From IMG/VR virus record IMGVR_UViG_3300020447_000004: a stretch of 20,000 nucleotides of DNA, one strand, 5' to 3'. Under the pieces are notes generated by a model. It saw nothing but the letters and a program-made list of their open reading frames with translations, did not search any database and was not told the DNA's origin. The position numbers and the translations under genes are program-made. Of the stretch, positions 1-8,770 are shown piece after piece; the first letter of the stretch is position 1; each line of letters starts with the position of its first letter. The DNA is from an uncultured virus (IMG/VR IMGVR_UViG_3300020447_000004). Lineage: Duplodnaviria; Heunggongvirae; Uroviricota; Caudoviricetes.

Positions 1-2
1 TC

Positions 3-305
3 GTGACCCTACTTGGAATCGACCATCTGGTGGCTGCCTACACTCCTGAGCTGGAGCGTCATGTCAACGTCACTCAGCACGCACCCTCGGCCGAGTATGT
101 GCACGGAGTAACCACACTCGACCGTGTAGATGACGGGCGGCGCGTGGGCCGTCTGTGGTCGGAGGACGGACTCACCTACAACGTGGTCATGCGCAGGTAC
201 GTCGGTACTGCTGAGATCGGTACGCGATCCTACTACACCCTTCCGGACTACCGGACCGCTGTCATGGTCCTGCTGTCTCGCGCTCATGTGGAAGAAAAAC
301 TCTGA
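3..305 (+). CDS. Hypothetical protein (possibly 5'-truncated by window edge)
   Basis: Open frame ending ...VEEKL-TGA. The stop lies inside module copy 1. Confidence 0.6.
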   Translation: MTLLGIDHLVAAYTPELERHVNVTQHAPSAEYVHGVTTLDRVDDGRRVGRLWSEDGLTYNVVMRRYVGTAEIGTRSYYTLPDYRTAVMVLLSRAHVEEKL

Positions 306-349
306 CTTTTGAGGTGCTCGTGCGTCTCTTACCTGTACCCACTACGGAG
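296..349 (+). promoter_or_regulatory. Conserved promoter/leader module, copy 1 (imperfect palindrome)
   Basis: aaaactctgactttt; TGAC(303-306)-N16-CGTC(323-326); ctgtacccactacggag; ATG at 357. Confidence 0.8.
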
Positions 350-356
350 AAATAAA

Positions 357-698
357 ATGTACCCGCGAGAAGAAAACGTCACCCTGCCCAACGGTATCAC
401 CATCCAGTCTTTCTACGATGATGAGGGGAAGCTGCATCGAGACGGTGGGCCTGCTCAGGTCTCCCGCAGGGCCGATGGGTCACTCATCAGTCTGGCATGG
501 TATCGACACGGGGTCCTGCATCGTGAGGGTGGGGCTGCTAAGCGGACTTACTATCTGGATGGGTCTTGTATCGTGCAGTGGTTTCGGGATGGGAAGCCTC
601 ACCGCGATGATGGACCTGCGTGGGTTCAATACAACTCCGAGGGGGTGAATGAGGTGACGGCTTTGATGAAGGATGGAAAGTGGGTGGAAAGTCTCTGA
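357..698 (+). CDS. LHRxxGPA (MORN-variant-like) repeat protein
   Basis: GGAG before ATG357; three LHRDGGPA/LHREGGAA/PHRDDGPA units; ends VESL-TGA in module 2. Confidence 0.85.
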   Translation: MYPREENVTLPNGITIQSFYDDEGKLHRDGGPAQVSRRADGSLISLAWYRHGVLHREGGAAKRTYYLDGSCIVQWFRDGKPHRDDGPAWVQYNSEGVNEVTALMKDGKWVESL

Positions 699-742
699 CT
701 TTTGGTGCTCTCAAACGTCTACTGGCTGTACCCACTACGGAG
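687..742 (+). promoter_or_regulatory. Conserved promoter/leader module, copy 2
   Basis: AAAGTC-TCT-GACTTT at 688-702; TGAC-N16-CGTC(716); ctgtacccactacggag; ATG749. Confidence 0.85.
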
Positions 743-748
743 CCACAA

Positions 749-1090
749 ATGTCCTCCCTCTTCGCGAACCTCTTCACTACGTCTACTCCCGACACTCGCC
801 CCGCATGGGCGCAGCGTGAAGGTGAGTGGCGCGTCTCTCACCTGGACCGTCTCCAGGCAGGTCTCCGGGCTCTCCCCTCGGTAGACGGCGATGTCTACGC
901 GGAGTACGACGGGTCTACCTCCTTCTGGGTGAGCTACCGCGACAACCGCGACCCTGATATGTGGCAGAACCGTCTCAAGACCCTGGCACATAACCTCAGG
1001 AGTGAGGGCCTCAAGGCCAAGACTGTACGGCGTCGGGGCCGTGTGGTGGGCGTGCGTGTCTCTGACCCCTCCCCGATTGCCTCCCTGTAG
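749..1090 (+). CDS. Hypothetical protein (MSSLFANLF...)
   Basis: Start re-assigned to ATG749, just after the module's GGAG. Confidence 0.75.
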   Translation: MSSLFANLFTTSTPDTRPAWAQREGEWRVSHLDRLQAGLRALPSVDGDVYAEYDGSTSFWVSYRDNRDPDMWQNRLKTLAHNLRSEGLKAKTVRRRGRVVGVRVSDPSPIASL

Positions 1091-1106
1091 AACCTCTGGA
1101 GAGACC

Positions 1107-1538
1107 ATGTCAGCCCCTATCCGGCCCGAAGACGTCCCTACGTGGATGAAGAACCAATTCTCGCTGGAGCGTCGAGTCCAGTGGCTGGACGGCCGTAAAG
1201 GGTCGTGGCGCCCCGGAGAAACGTTTGAACACCATCTACACCTATCCACCCGTCAGTGGACCTCCAAAGGGCACACATACAAACCTCACCTCTATGGGAC
1301 GTTGCAGAGTAGTCTCAATGGGTACCGTGTGCACATCTGGGTCTGGGCCCACTTCTTCGCAGTGCGGCACGGAGGATATAAGGCCGAAATCGTGGTCGAA
1401 ACGAGTGGGATCCGGGGTGTGATGCCGCATCGTCGTCTGGAAGGTCATGTCTTCTTCACGAGTGAGGAAAATGCTCCCAAGAAGCTGAACAAGGTGCTAC
1501 GAGAGATGCGGGAAACCCTTCTAAGTGACGCCACGTAA
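1107..1538 (+). CDS. Hypothetical protein (MSAPIRPEDV...)
   Basis: GGAG upstream of ATG1107; tight packing with neighbours. Confidence 0.7.
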   Translation: MSAPIRPEDVPTWMKNQFSLERRVQWLDGRKGSWRPGETFEHHLHLSTRQWTSKGHTYKPHLYGTLQSSLNGYRVHIWVWAHFFAVRHGGYKAEIVVETSGIRGVMPHRRLEGHVFFTSEENAPKKLNKVLREMRETLLSDAT

Positions 1539-1561
1539 TCCTACCTCCCAGGAGATACCTC

Positions 1562-1993
1562 ATGACCGAACCCAATCGAATCTACCGTACGGATGGTACC
1601 CTCCAGCAGGTGGAATACCGCAATGATGAGGGAGACCTGCACCGTGATGGCGGGCCGGCTCTCACCACGTACCGACAGGATGGGAGCACCCTTCTCTGTG
1701 AGTACTACTATCAGAACGGACTGCTGCACCGTGAGGGTGCCCCCGCTGTCAAGGAGTATTGGTCTTCTGGACAGATCCGATGTATCGACTACTACCAAGA
1801 CGGCCGTATGCATCGCGAAGGCCATCCCGCTCTCACGGAATACCGGAAAGACGGGTCGGTGTGGTATGAGGAATACTGTCTGGAGGGACGAAAGCATCGC
1901 ACGGATGGTCCGGCAACTCGTGAAATCCTGCCGGATGGAACTCCCAGGTACGAAACATACTACCTACACGGAGAAAAAGTAAAAAGTCTCTGA
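1562..1993 (+). CDS. LHRxxGPA repeat protein
   Basis: AGGAG RBS; four 28-aa repeat units; ends HGEKVKSL-TGA in module 3. Confidence 0.9.
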   Translation: MTEPNRIYRTDGTLQQVEYRNDEGDLHRDGGPALTTYRQDGSTLLCEYYYQNGLLHREGAPAVKEYWSSGQIRCIDYYQDGRMHREGHPALTEYRKDGSVWYEEYCLEGRKHRTDGPATREILPDGTPRYETYYLHGEKVKSL

Positions 1994-2035
1994 CTTTTTC
2001 TCCTCCCAAACGTCTACTGACTGTAAAACCCGGAG
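1981..2035 (+). promoter_or_regulatory. Conserved promoter/leader module, copy 3
   Basis: AAAAAGTC-TCT-GACTTTTT at 1981-1999; TGAC-N16-CGTC(2011); GGAG 2032-2035; ATG2043. Confidence 0.85.
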
Positions 2036-2042
2036 AGCTACC

Positions 2043-2240
2043 ATGTTTGCCACCATGACCCTGGACTCTGTGCTCGCTACCCTGTCGCGCCCTACGGACA
2101 CGGTGACAATCGGCTTCAACAACGCTGTCAAGCTGATCGCTGAATCGAACGGCCGCCTGACGTGGCTTGATGCAGGGGACAGTTGGGCGCGGGTGTGCCT
2201 CGCTCGAAAGGGCAGCGAGTACCCTCCTCTGACCTGCTAA
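2043..2240 (+). CDS. Small hypothetical protein
   Basis: First ORF after module 3, with RBS. Confidence 0.7.
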   Translation: MFATMTLDSVLATLSRPTDTVTIGFNNAVKLIAESNGRLTWLDAGDSWARVCLARKGSEYPPLTC

Positions 2241-2252
2241 GGAGAAAACAAC

Positions 2253-2534
2253 ATGAACGTCTACATGCTCCTCGCAAACCGTCCCAGTGCACTCGACTAC
2301 AACCGCTCGGTGACCGCCCTCATCGGCATCTACCAGAACTCCGCTGCCCTCAAGTGTGAGGTCAAGATCCAGACCGCGGTCGATAACCACTACGATGAGT
2401 ATCGTGTCGAGCGAATGTCTTTGGATGACCCGTACCTGGGAGAGCTTTTGCACTCCACGGGACGACGGGTCTGGGATCGGGATAGCGGTATGATCTCGGA
2501 TGACGAATGGGCGGCAATCCTGCAGGAAGGCTGA
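2253..2534 (+). CDS. Hypothetical protein
   Basis: TAAGGAG RBS overlapping the previous stop. Confidence 0.75.
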   Translation: MNVYMLLANRPSALDYNRSVTALIGIYQNSAALKCEVKIQTAVDNHYDEYRVERMSLDDPYLGELLHSTGRRVWDRDSGMISDDEWAAILQEG

Positions 2535-2565
2535 CCACACAGAAACAACAGACTCGGGAGAAAGA

Positions 2566-3018
2566 ATGATCCCCACGCATCGATCTGAAAAAGGTGGAAC
2601 CGTGACACGAAGTGTGCACGGGGGCACCACCAAGGTGGAATACCGCAACGCAGCGGGCAAGCTCCACCGAAGCAACGGGCCTGCGGTCATCTGGTATGAT
2701 GCAGAAGGGTGTGAGGTCTATGCGCAGTACCGAGACGAGGGGGTCATCCATCGTGACGACGGTCCTGCCATCGTACGCACGACTCACCGTGGTGAGTCGA
2801 TGGAGTCCTACTACCGGTATGGTGCATGTCATCGTGACGGAGGCCCCGCCTACATCGCGTATCGACCCGATGGTACCGTACGGACACGCATGTACTACCG
2901 AAACGGCTTCTTCCACCGCGATGATGGTCCTGCTAAGGAGTTTCACTGTGGAGACCCGAACCGCTACGCGTGCCAGTACTATCAGTACGGGGTCCGTCAG
3001 CGCCGGGGAGGCCGGTAG
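2566..3018 (+). CDS. LHRxxGPA repeat protein
   Basis: GGAG before ATG2566; four HRxxGPA units. Confidence 0.85.
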   Translation: MIPTHRSEKGGTVTRSVHGGTTKVEYRNAAGKLHRSNGPAVIWYDAEGCEVYAQYRDEGVIHRDDGPAIVRTTHRGESMESYYRYGACHRDGGPAYIAYRPDGTVRTRMYYRNGFFHRDDGPAKEFHCGDPNRYACQYYQYGVRQRRGGR

Positions 3019-3083
3019 TGACACCCGCGGGATGTCGAAAGGTCTTGTATTGGATGGAAGGTGGTGAATCTACTACCAAACTC

Positions 3084-3704
3084 TCAGGTATGGATAGACC
3101 ACAATCTCCGGAGAGATTCCCCCACCATGACGTCTAAGCTCTCATAGTCCGTGATGATGTCTTCCAGCTCAATGCCCTGACTGCTTTCTGCAATCTGCAC
3201 ACGAAACTCTTTTCGGTACGGATTAATCGTGACCTCTAACCCTGACTCCCCTTTGGAAGCCTCAATCATCGCGATAGTAGCCTTTATCCAAGGTCGACCT
3301 ACCCGAGCACCTGACAGCGACTGCATCATCTCAAAAACGCGCTGAGCTACATCCTTGAGACCCATCGCACGACCACCCTTCGGGGCTCTCTTGGACTGCC
3401 GCTCCGCCGACTTCAGGATGGCAGCAAAGACAGCATCGTATCCCGACAGGTCACCTTGGAGGGCTGACGTCCCCAATCCCTTGATGATACGGTTATAGGT
3501 TCGGGCAAACCCCTTGGGTAAATACCCCTCCCGAATCCCACCCTCTACATAGATGCCCAATTTATTCAACCAAAGGTCTGAGTCCCGAGAGTCGGTCTGG
3601 ACCTTACGCTGAATTTGCTTGACCTCTCGGATATAGCGGGAAAAGTCCAGCTGAGCCACTCGAATCTGACTCGCAATACGATTTAGTCTGTCGGCCAACA
3701 CCAT
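3084..3704 (-). CDS. Hypothetical protein, counter-oriented, N-terminal LNRIASQI
   Basis: 206-aa ORF with GGAGG RBS; upstream motif shared with 4769-5170. Confidence 0.8.
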   Translation of the reverse strand: MVLADRLNRIASQIRVAQLDFSRYIREVKQIQRKVQTDSRDSDLWLNKLGIYVEGGIREGYLPKGFARTYNRIIKGLGTSALQGDLSGYDAVFAAILKSAERQSKRAPKGGRAMGLKDVAQRVFEMMQSLSGARVGRPWIKATIAMIEASKGESGLEVTINPYRKEFRVQIAESSQGIELEDIITDYESLDVMVGESLRRLWSIHT

Positions 3705-3722
3705 ACGTCCTCCATAGATGGA

Positions 3723-3757
3723 TATCTGCTTACTCTGCCTAACAAAAAAAAAAATGG
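3723..3757 (-). promoter_or_regulatory. Second shared upstream motif (CCA-T9-11-GTTAGRCAG..TA..CAGATA), copy 1
   Basis: Near-identical to 5186-5218; both precede minus-strand genes. Confidence 0.5.
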
Positions 3758-3801
3758 CAAAACATTTCCCACCGAGATAGGAACCTCTATAGGGAGCCGA
3801 A

Positions 3802-4161
3802 ATGCAAGAGATATCGCTCGCACATGTCCAGTACTACATCTCGTACTACATCTCGTACAACTACGCGAACATCGCCGTGACTGAACGCTACCCTGCTTAC
3901 GCGGCAAAGAGAGACGAGCCCTCCTATCGCCATTATGTAGACGGTGAAGCATCCATGCTACAGTGGCGAGACCTCTCCGGCAAGACCCATCGAGAAAACG
4001 GACCCGCTGAGGTAGAGTATATCAGAGGAGGTGAGGTCTATGGCATCTCCTACTACCGACACGGTCAGCTCCACCGAGACAGGGGCTACGCTGTCATCAC
4101 CTTCAAAGCCCCCTACCAATGTCGACATATCTACCGCAACGGAGAGCCTCTAAAATGGTGA
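3802..4161 (+). CDS. LHRxxGPA repeat protein (divergent)
   Basis: THRENGPA and LHRDRGYA units; GGGAG RBS. Confidence 0.8.
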   Translation: MQEISLAHVQYYISYYISYNYANIAVTERYPAYAAKRDEPSYRHYVDGEASMLQWRDLSGKTHRENGPAEVEYIRGGEVYGISYYRHGQLHRDRGYAVITFKAPYQCRHIYRNGEPLKW

Positions 4162-4165
4162 CCTC

Positions 4166-4381
4166 GTGAAACATGACTACACCCTCAGGCTGAGGACGAA
4201 CCTCCGATGGGCCCAGATACAGGTCTATCGTGAGGAGTGTCTACACCATGAAGACGGACCCGCCGAGGTGGCCCTGCTCCATGACGGTACTCCGTCTTAC
4301 TTGGGGTACCGTCATGGAGAATATGTGTACATGTCCGAGACAGACGGCGCATATTCTCCATGCATAGATGTGACGTTTTAG
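4166..4381 (+). CDS. Short single-repeat protein, MKHxYTL subfamily (GTG start)
   Basis: KHDYTL N-terminus; LHHEDGPA. Confidence 0.7.
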   Translation: MKHDYTLRLRTNLRWAQIQVYREECLHHEDGPAEVALLHDGTPSYLGYRHGEYVYMSETDGAYSPCIDVTF

Positions 4382-4443
4382 GTCGATTAGACTGGCCCAC
4401 ATCAGCCTAAGATGTTAGAAACTCGCTACACCATAGGAGCACT

Positions 4444-4737
4444 ATGCCACTATCCTGGACCCCCACAGAAGTTGAGCACCCGACCAAAGGAGTCATCATG
4501 GCCCGTCACACACTACACCCGTCTATGGGAGATGTCTACGTCTATCCCATAGACTGGCGTATGGGTATGTGGTGCGCATATGTCCCGCAAGGTGGGAAAC
4601 ACAAAACAGGAGTACAACACTTCCTGGGAGTGTTTGGAGCAGATGGATACGCGCTCAGTGCTCCCGAGATCACACCGGCTCTGTGGGAAGACGCACAGAC
4701 TAAGGCCGAAATGCGGTTAGAGTCCGCACTCTCTTAG
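4444..4737 (+). CDS. Hypothetical protein
   Basis: AGGAG RBS at both ATG4444 and the alternative ATG4498. Confidence 0.65.
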   Translation: MPLSWTPTEVEHPTKGVIMARHTLHPSMGDVYVYPIDWRMGMWCAYVPQGGKHKTGVQHFLGVFGADGYALSAPEITPALWEDAQTKAEMRLESALS

Positions 4738-4768
4738 AGTACACCAAGGAGTGGGTGACACAACACCC

Positions 4769-5170
4769 CTACACCACAGCGTCAATCACCAACTCAGTAA
4801 TGCGCTTTGCAATCTTAGCCGCCCCTAAACGAGATGGGTCCAACCGCTCCTTTACCCGTGAACCGGAGACGATACCAAAAATGTCCAGCTGAGTCCGATG
4901 CGCCCCCCCAAACTCTACCATGAGGTCTACATCCGTACCACTCAACTGTAAGCCTGAGATGGTAGTATCAACGTATAAAGCTCCCGACGAAAGTGGGTCA
5001 CCTTTCCCACCATGCCTCTGGTACATCGACTCTACATAGTGCTCAATGAACGGAACCAACCGCTCCATATAGGCCGTCTGAGCCTTATCCAACTCGCGAG
5101 TCCACTCAGTAGCCCCCGCGACCTTCGATAGGTCTGCCGCAATCTTCTGTAGCTGTAGAGAAATGTCCAT
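4769..5170 (-). CDS. Hypothetical protein, counter-oriented, N-terminal LQKIAADL
   Basis: AGGAG RBS (5176-5180) before ATG5170. Confidence 0.75.
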   Translation of the reverse strand: MDISLQLQKIAADLSKVAGATEWTRELDKAQTAYMERLVPFIEHYVESMYQRHGGKGDPLSSGALYVDTTISGLQLSGTDVDLMVEFGGAHRTQLDIFGIVSGSRVKERLDPSRLGAAKIAKRITELVIDAVV

Positions 5171-5185
5171 GGAAACTCCTAATAC

Positions 5186-5218
5186 TATCTGTGTAGACTG
5201 TCTAACAAAAAAAAATGG
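5186..5218 (-). promoter_or_regulatory. Second shared upstream motif, copy 2
   Basis: tatctg..ta..ctgtctaacaaaaaaaaatgg on + strand, matching 3723-3757. Confidence 0.5.
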
Positions 5219-5300
5219 ACACCGCACGAACACCATGATAGAGGGCCTCTCGCACATCGACATAGGTATCTCCACAGCATCGCGCAGAAATGGTGACCCC

Positions 5301-5549
5301 ATGAAACACGTCTACACACTACAGGTCCTCTCTAACAAAAAGACAGGGCTCTCCCTCATCAGGTACTACCAAAATGGCCAAGTCCACCATGATGATACCT
5401 CACCTGCCATGCTCACATGGCACCCCAGGTGGGGGTACACTCATGCGGAATACTTCAAGGACGGGCAAATCATCCGATCCGTCCACAATATAGAATACCG
5501 TACCCACCTCATGGACACAATTCATAGAGCCCTCATAGGTTCACCATGA
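5301..5549 (+). CDS. Single-repeat protein, MKHxYTL subfamily
   Basis: MKHVYTL...YYQNGQVHHDDTSPA; ATGA overlap with next gene. Confidence 0.75.
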   Translation: MKHVYTLQVLSNKKTGLSLIRYYQNGQVHHDDTSPAMLTWHPRWGYTHAEYFKDGQIIRSVHNIEYRTHLMDTIHRALIGSP

Positions 5550-5911
5550 AACATATCTACACACTCCGGACCGAGCACACATGCACGCAAGGTACCTACG
5601 CAGAGGTACTTTATGGTGGACGCCTCCTGAGAGACGGGACTCCCGCCATACTGAGATACTATCGTGGGCAGTGTGTGCACTACATCACATGGAATGCTGA
5701 CACAGGACAGTGGGCCAGTCACACCCTCAATAACCTCCTGTACTGTCAAATGATCGCAAACCTCCTGTACTGTCAAATGATCGCAGAAGAATTCCAGCGA
5801 CGTGACCCGTACTACCGCCAACTCCGAGAATCTACAGTGTCTATCGCACGAAGAATGTTCCAGGTGACTCCACTCCCATGCCTCTCTGACCCTGTATACA
5901 TGGAAGAGTGA
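5546..5911 (+). CDS. Degenerate repeat protein, MKHxYTL subfamily
   Basis: MKHIYTL...GRLLRDGTPAILRYYRG; in-frame 27-nt duplication. Confidence 0.7.
   Translation: MKHIYTLRTEHTCTQGTYAEVLYGGRLLRDGTPAILRYYRGQCVHYITWNADTGQWASHTLNNLLYCQMIANLLYCQMIAEEFQRRDPYYRQLRESTVSIARRMFQVTPLPCLSDPVYMEE
5732..5785 (+). repeat. Perfect 27-nt tandem duplication (NLLYCQMIA x2)
   Basis: aacctcctgtactgtcaaatgatcgca at 5732-5758 and 5759-5785. Confidence 0.95.
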
Positions 5912-5915
5912 CTCA

Positions 5916-6113
5916 ATGAAGACACTCTCCACGCGCAAAATCAGGTCCCGAGAGAATGGGTCTGTCCATCGTGAGGTCTACCTCCACCACGGACAGGTCC
6001 ACCATGACACATACCCCGCCCGCATCGGATACACAGACCAACACATCTTCGGATATACATATTTCCAGCACGATCAGAAAGGTCCCAGCTGCTACAACAA
6101 CCCCCTGAAGTAG
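5916..6113 (+). CDS. Short single-repeat protein
   Basis: YLHHGQVHHDTYPARIGY. Confidence 0.7.
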   Translation: MKTLSTRKIRSRENGSVHREVYLHHGQVHHDTYPARIGYTDQHIFGYTYFQHDQKGPSCYNNPLK

Positions 6114-6169
6114 CTCCCCCCTCGATACCGTGTTAGGGATATGGGTATGTGATAGATCCTGGAGGCGAT

Positions 6170-6496
6170 ATGAAGTGTGTGTACCTCAAACGAGTGGTGT
6201 ATCAGTGGACCCTTAAAGCCACCATCCGAAGGGACGGACCCAACCAATATACGACCACAAAAAATGCTCGATACTGGTCTGTGATGTATACTGTGTACTA
6301 CCAAAACGGACAGTACCACAGGGCCGAAGGCCCTGCTGTCATCGAATATCGAACCGACGGGTCTGTCTCCTGTGAAATCTACTACCAAAACGGAGAGTTG
6401 CACAGGGCCGGAGGCCCGGCTTTCATCGAATATCGAGCAGACGGGTCTGTCTACAGGGAGGGCTAGTACCAAAACGGAAAGCCCCAATCACCATGA
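6170..6496 (+). pseudogene. LHRxxGPA repeat protein with premature TAG at 6464-6466
   Basis: 84-nt units start at 6296, 6380 and 6464. The third reads TAG TAC CAA AAC GGA instead of TAC TAC CAA AAC GGA. The frame continues to a TGA overlapping ATG6493. May still yield a near-full-length protein. Confidence 0.7.
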
Positions 6497-6771
6497 AACT
6501 ACAATACCTCGCAGAGTGGGAATACGATTTCAGACTCCTCCACGTCACCTATGACGCCCATCCCCTCATCGGAGAAGGCCTCGATCAACTGTGGCAAGCC
6601 CGCATCTCTGGGCACCCTATCTACGAAATATATATCTACCAACCAAACATCACACTCTGGGAACAAGTCTACGCCACACAACGCGACCCCACATCCCCGC
6701 TACAGTCCCTCCGTATCTTCTACACCGAGAGCGGCGGATGCTCCTGGAACCTCTGTGGGACCTGGAGATGA
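6493..6771 (+). CDS. Hypothetical protein
   Basis: ATGA-coupled at both ends; N-terminus resembles 6768-6947. Confidence 0.65.
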   Translation: MKLQYLAEWEYDFRLLHVTYDAHPLIGEGLDQLWQARISGHPIYEIYIYQPNITLWEQVYATQRDPTSPLQSLRIFYTESGGCSWNLCGTWR

Positions 6772-6947
6772 CCCGTGTCTACTCCCTCGAAGTCTGCTAT
6801 GACCTCCTACTCGTCTTCTATACCACCCACCCACTACCAAAACCCTTCTATCGTAGCGACACCCAACCCTACACAAACTACTCCCTGTGGGTCGACTGTC
6901 AACCTGACCCCGAATACCCCCTACCCACACGACTGACACAGACATGA
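6768..6947 (+). CDS. Small hypothetical protein (MTRVYSLEVCYD...)
   Basis: ATGA overlaps at both ends; shares YD..LL..Y..HPL with the preceding ORF. Confidence 0.55.
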   Translation: MTRVYSLEVCYDLLLVFYTTHPLPKPFYRSDTQPYTNYSLWVDCQPDPEYPLPTRLTQT

Positions 6948-7159
6948 ACCTTACACACTGTACCAAACATTTCTACGGAAACGACACCCTCTATGTGGAC
7001 CAACCCCTCACACCACCACAGTACATCTCCCCAGACCTGTTGAAAGTTCTGTGGGCAGCGACCTCGCTGAGCCCAGACACCATCAAAACCCGAATGGATA
7101 ACCCCCACCCAACAATACATCGCACAACACCCCACATGTGTACGTATCTACTACCATGA
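6944..7159 (+). CDS. Small hypothetical protein
   Basis: ATGA overlap chain; could be the frameshifted tail of the previous gene. Confidence 0.4.
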   Translation: MNLTHCTKHFYGNDTLYVDQPLTPPQYISPDLLKVLWAATSLSPDTIKTRMDNPHPTIHRTTPHMCTYLLP

Positions 7160-7329
7160 CCGACTACAATACGTGGCGATCCCCCTCCAAACCCCCTCAG
7201 ACCGTCTCTTCCTGAGAGCATGGTATGGAGAAAGGTTTCGAGTCAGTCTGTGGACTCACTCGGCACGCCATACAACCTACCTACCATTCGATGTCCGTAG
7301 TCCTGTACTCTACTATGACACATAACCAT

Positions 7330-7803
7330 TCAGAGAGTCGCCTGCAACACTCCCCGTAGATAATATTCCTCCTGAGGAGCCCCTCCCCCATACCGTATCA
7401 CCGCAGGACCCCACTCTCTATGTAACTGACCCCTCTCGAAATACGCATGGAGAGTTGCTACACCCTCATATACCCAACGCCGTTGTACCACATGGGTGTC
7501 GTCCCGAGCATCATATGTCACCACAGCAGGACCCCCAACCCGATGTCGCACTCCCCTATGGTAGTAGGACTCTACCTTACCTACATATTTCGACTGATAG
7601 AGCACCTGTGCAGGACCACTCTCCCGATGCAGCTCTCCATACGCATAATATCCAATACTCGATACCATACCCCTACCATTGTAATGCACATCAGCCGGAT
7701 ATCCGTCATCCCGATGGAGTACACCTCCCTCATAGTATGATACCCTCAGTACCCTCCCCCTACGCCCATACTGGTAACATACTGTGGCCCCAGACTGTCG
7801 CAT
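7330..7803 (-). CDS. LHRxxGPA repeat protein
   Basis: Four repeat units; GGAGG RBS. Confidence 0.85.
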   Translation of the reverse strand: MRQSGATVCYQYGRRGRVLRVSYYEGGVLHRDDGYPADVHYNGRGMVSSIGYYAYGELHRESGPAQVLYQSKYVGKVESYYHRGVRHRVGGPAVVTYDARDDTHVVQRRWVYEGVATLHAYFERGQLHREWGPAVIRYGGGAPQEEYYLRGVLQATL

Positions 7804-7820
7804 ACTACTCCTCCTGCACC

Positions 7821-7850
7821 CCTATAACACGACACCCCCTCCCCCGTCAA
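7821..7850 (-). promoter_or_regulatory. Sigma70-like promoter candidate TTGACG-N18-TATAGG (TGn extended)
   Basis: Directly upstream of the RBS/ATG7803. Confidence 0.5.
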
Positions 7851-7881
7851 AACCCACAAACGTTTTCAGACCATTTTGACC

Positions 7882-8364
7882 CCAAATTCAATGCACACTA
7901 AGTTCGCGAATTTCAAGTACCCAATACAACACCCAAACGATAATCAACCAATTCTACAGATCCCATGACACATCGAATTTGACCCTATGCACATGCGTAC
8001 CATACCGTATGACACATGGGGGTTTGCCATATGCATTCGTATCGTATGGTGTCTGACCCATGACCGTTACCCATGACCATGTGTGATGTCTCATGCTCGG
8101 GGAGCAGGGTGTTTAGCAACTGTTATAGTCGAGTATAACAGTGCGGGAATGTGGTGAGCGTCGGGGTTTTGCTTGTCCATGTCTCCTCGCATCCTCATCC
8201 CGCGAGCGAAGCGAGCCCTGAGCACGCGGGATGAGGGGTGGTTTATGATCGAATTGGGGGCCAAATTCAATGCACACTAAGTTCGCTAATTTTGGCAATT
8301 TAAAGGTACTTAACAAAAATAATCAACCAATTCTACGGATCCAAGCACACATCGGAATTGACCT
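7882..8364. repeat. ~100-nt degenerate direct repeat (7882-~7986 and 8261-~8364)
   Basis: Exact 26-mer ccaaattcaatgcacactaagttcgc and 17-mer taatcaaccaattctac, both offset by 379 nt. Confidence 0.9.
8193..8236. repeat. 12-bp perfect inverted repeat around a GCGAGCGAAGCGAG motif
   Basis: cctcatcccgcg (8193-8204) / cgcgggatgagg (8225-8236). Confidence 0.9.
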
Positions 8365-8580
8365 AAGGGGAAATACACAACACAATAGGGAGTTAACCGT
8401 ATGTGCATAGGGTGAAATACGCACTCCGATAGGGTCAACTTCATACCTGCATAGGGTGAACCCCGTACTGTCCCATAGGGTTAACTACGCATAGGGTGAT
8501 GTACGGCCGAACCTAAGGTGTATTACAGGGGAGGTGGTACGGTTAACTACGTATGCGTGTAGGGGGTTGACCGTATGGTG
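8355..8580. repeat. Array of short TAnGGTYAAC / TAGGGTGA motifs (iteron-like)
   Basis: e.g. 8392-8401 (rc), 8430-8439, 8476-8485, 8538-8547, 8566-8575 (rc). Confidence 0.7.
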
Positions 8581-8770
8581 TCACGGGATGTCTTTTTATG
8601 TCACCAAATGTCATTTCGGGTTGCGGGTCTGGTCGAGACGTGGTAGCCTATTTTCGCTACTCTGTAAGGGGAGCATAGAGTGCAGACGCAAAAATGCCCG
8701 TATGAAACAGGGCTCATACGGGCTAACGGGTATAGCTGTTGTGTGCTATTGCGTGATGTGGCATGACCTG

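Noticed and set aside
3832..3855. 12-nt tandem repeat tactacatctcg x2
   Set aside because: Real but minor in-frame slippage (YYIS x2), with no further significance evident.
7860..8770. tRNA/rRNA genes in the non-coding tracts
   Set aside because: No cloverleaf, T-loop GTTCRA-plus-acceptor arrangement or rRNA signature recognisable by eye here or at 18430-20000.
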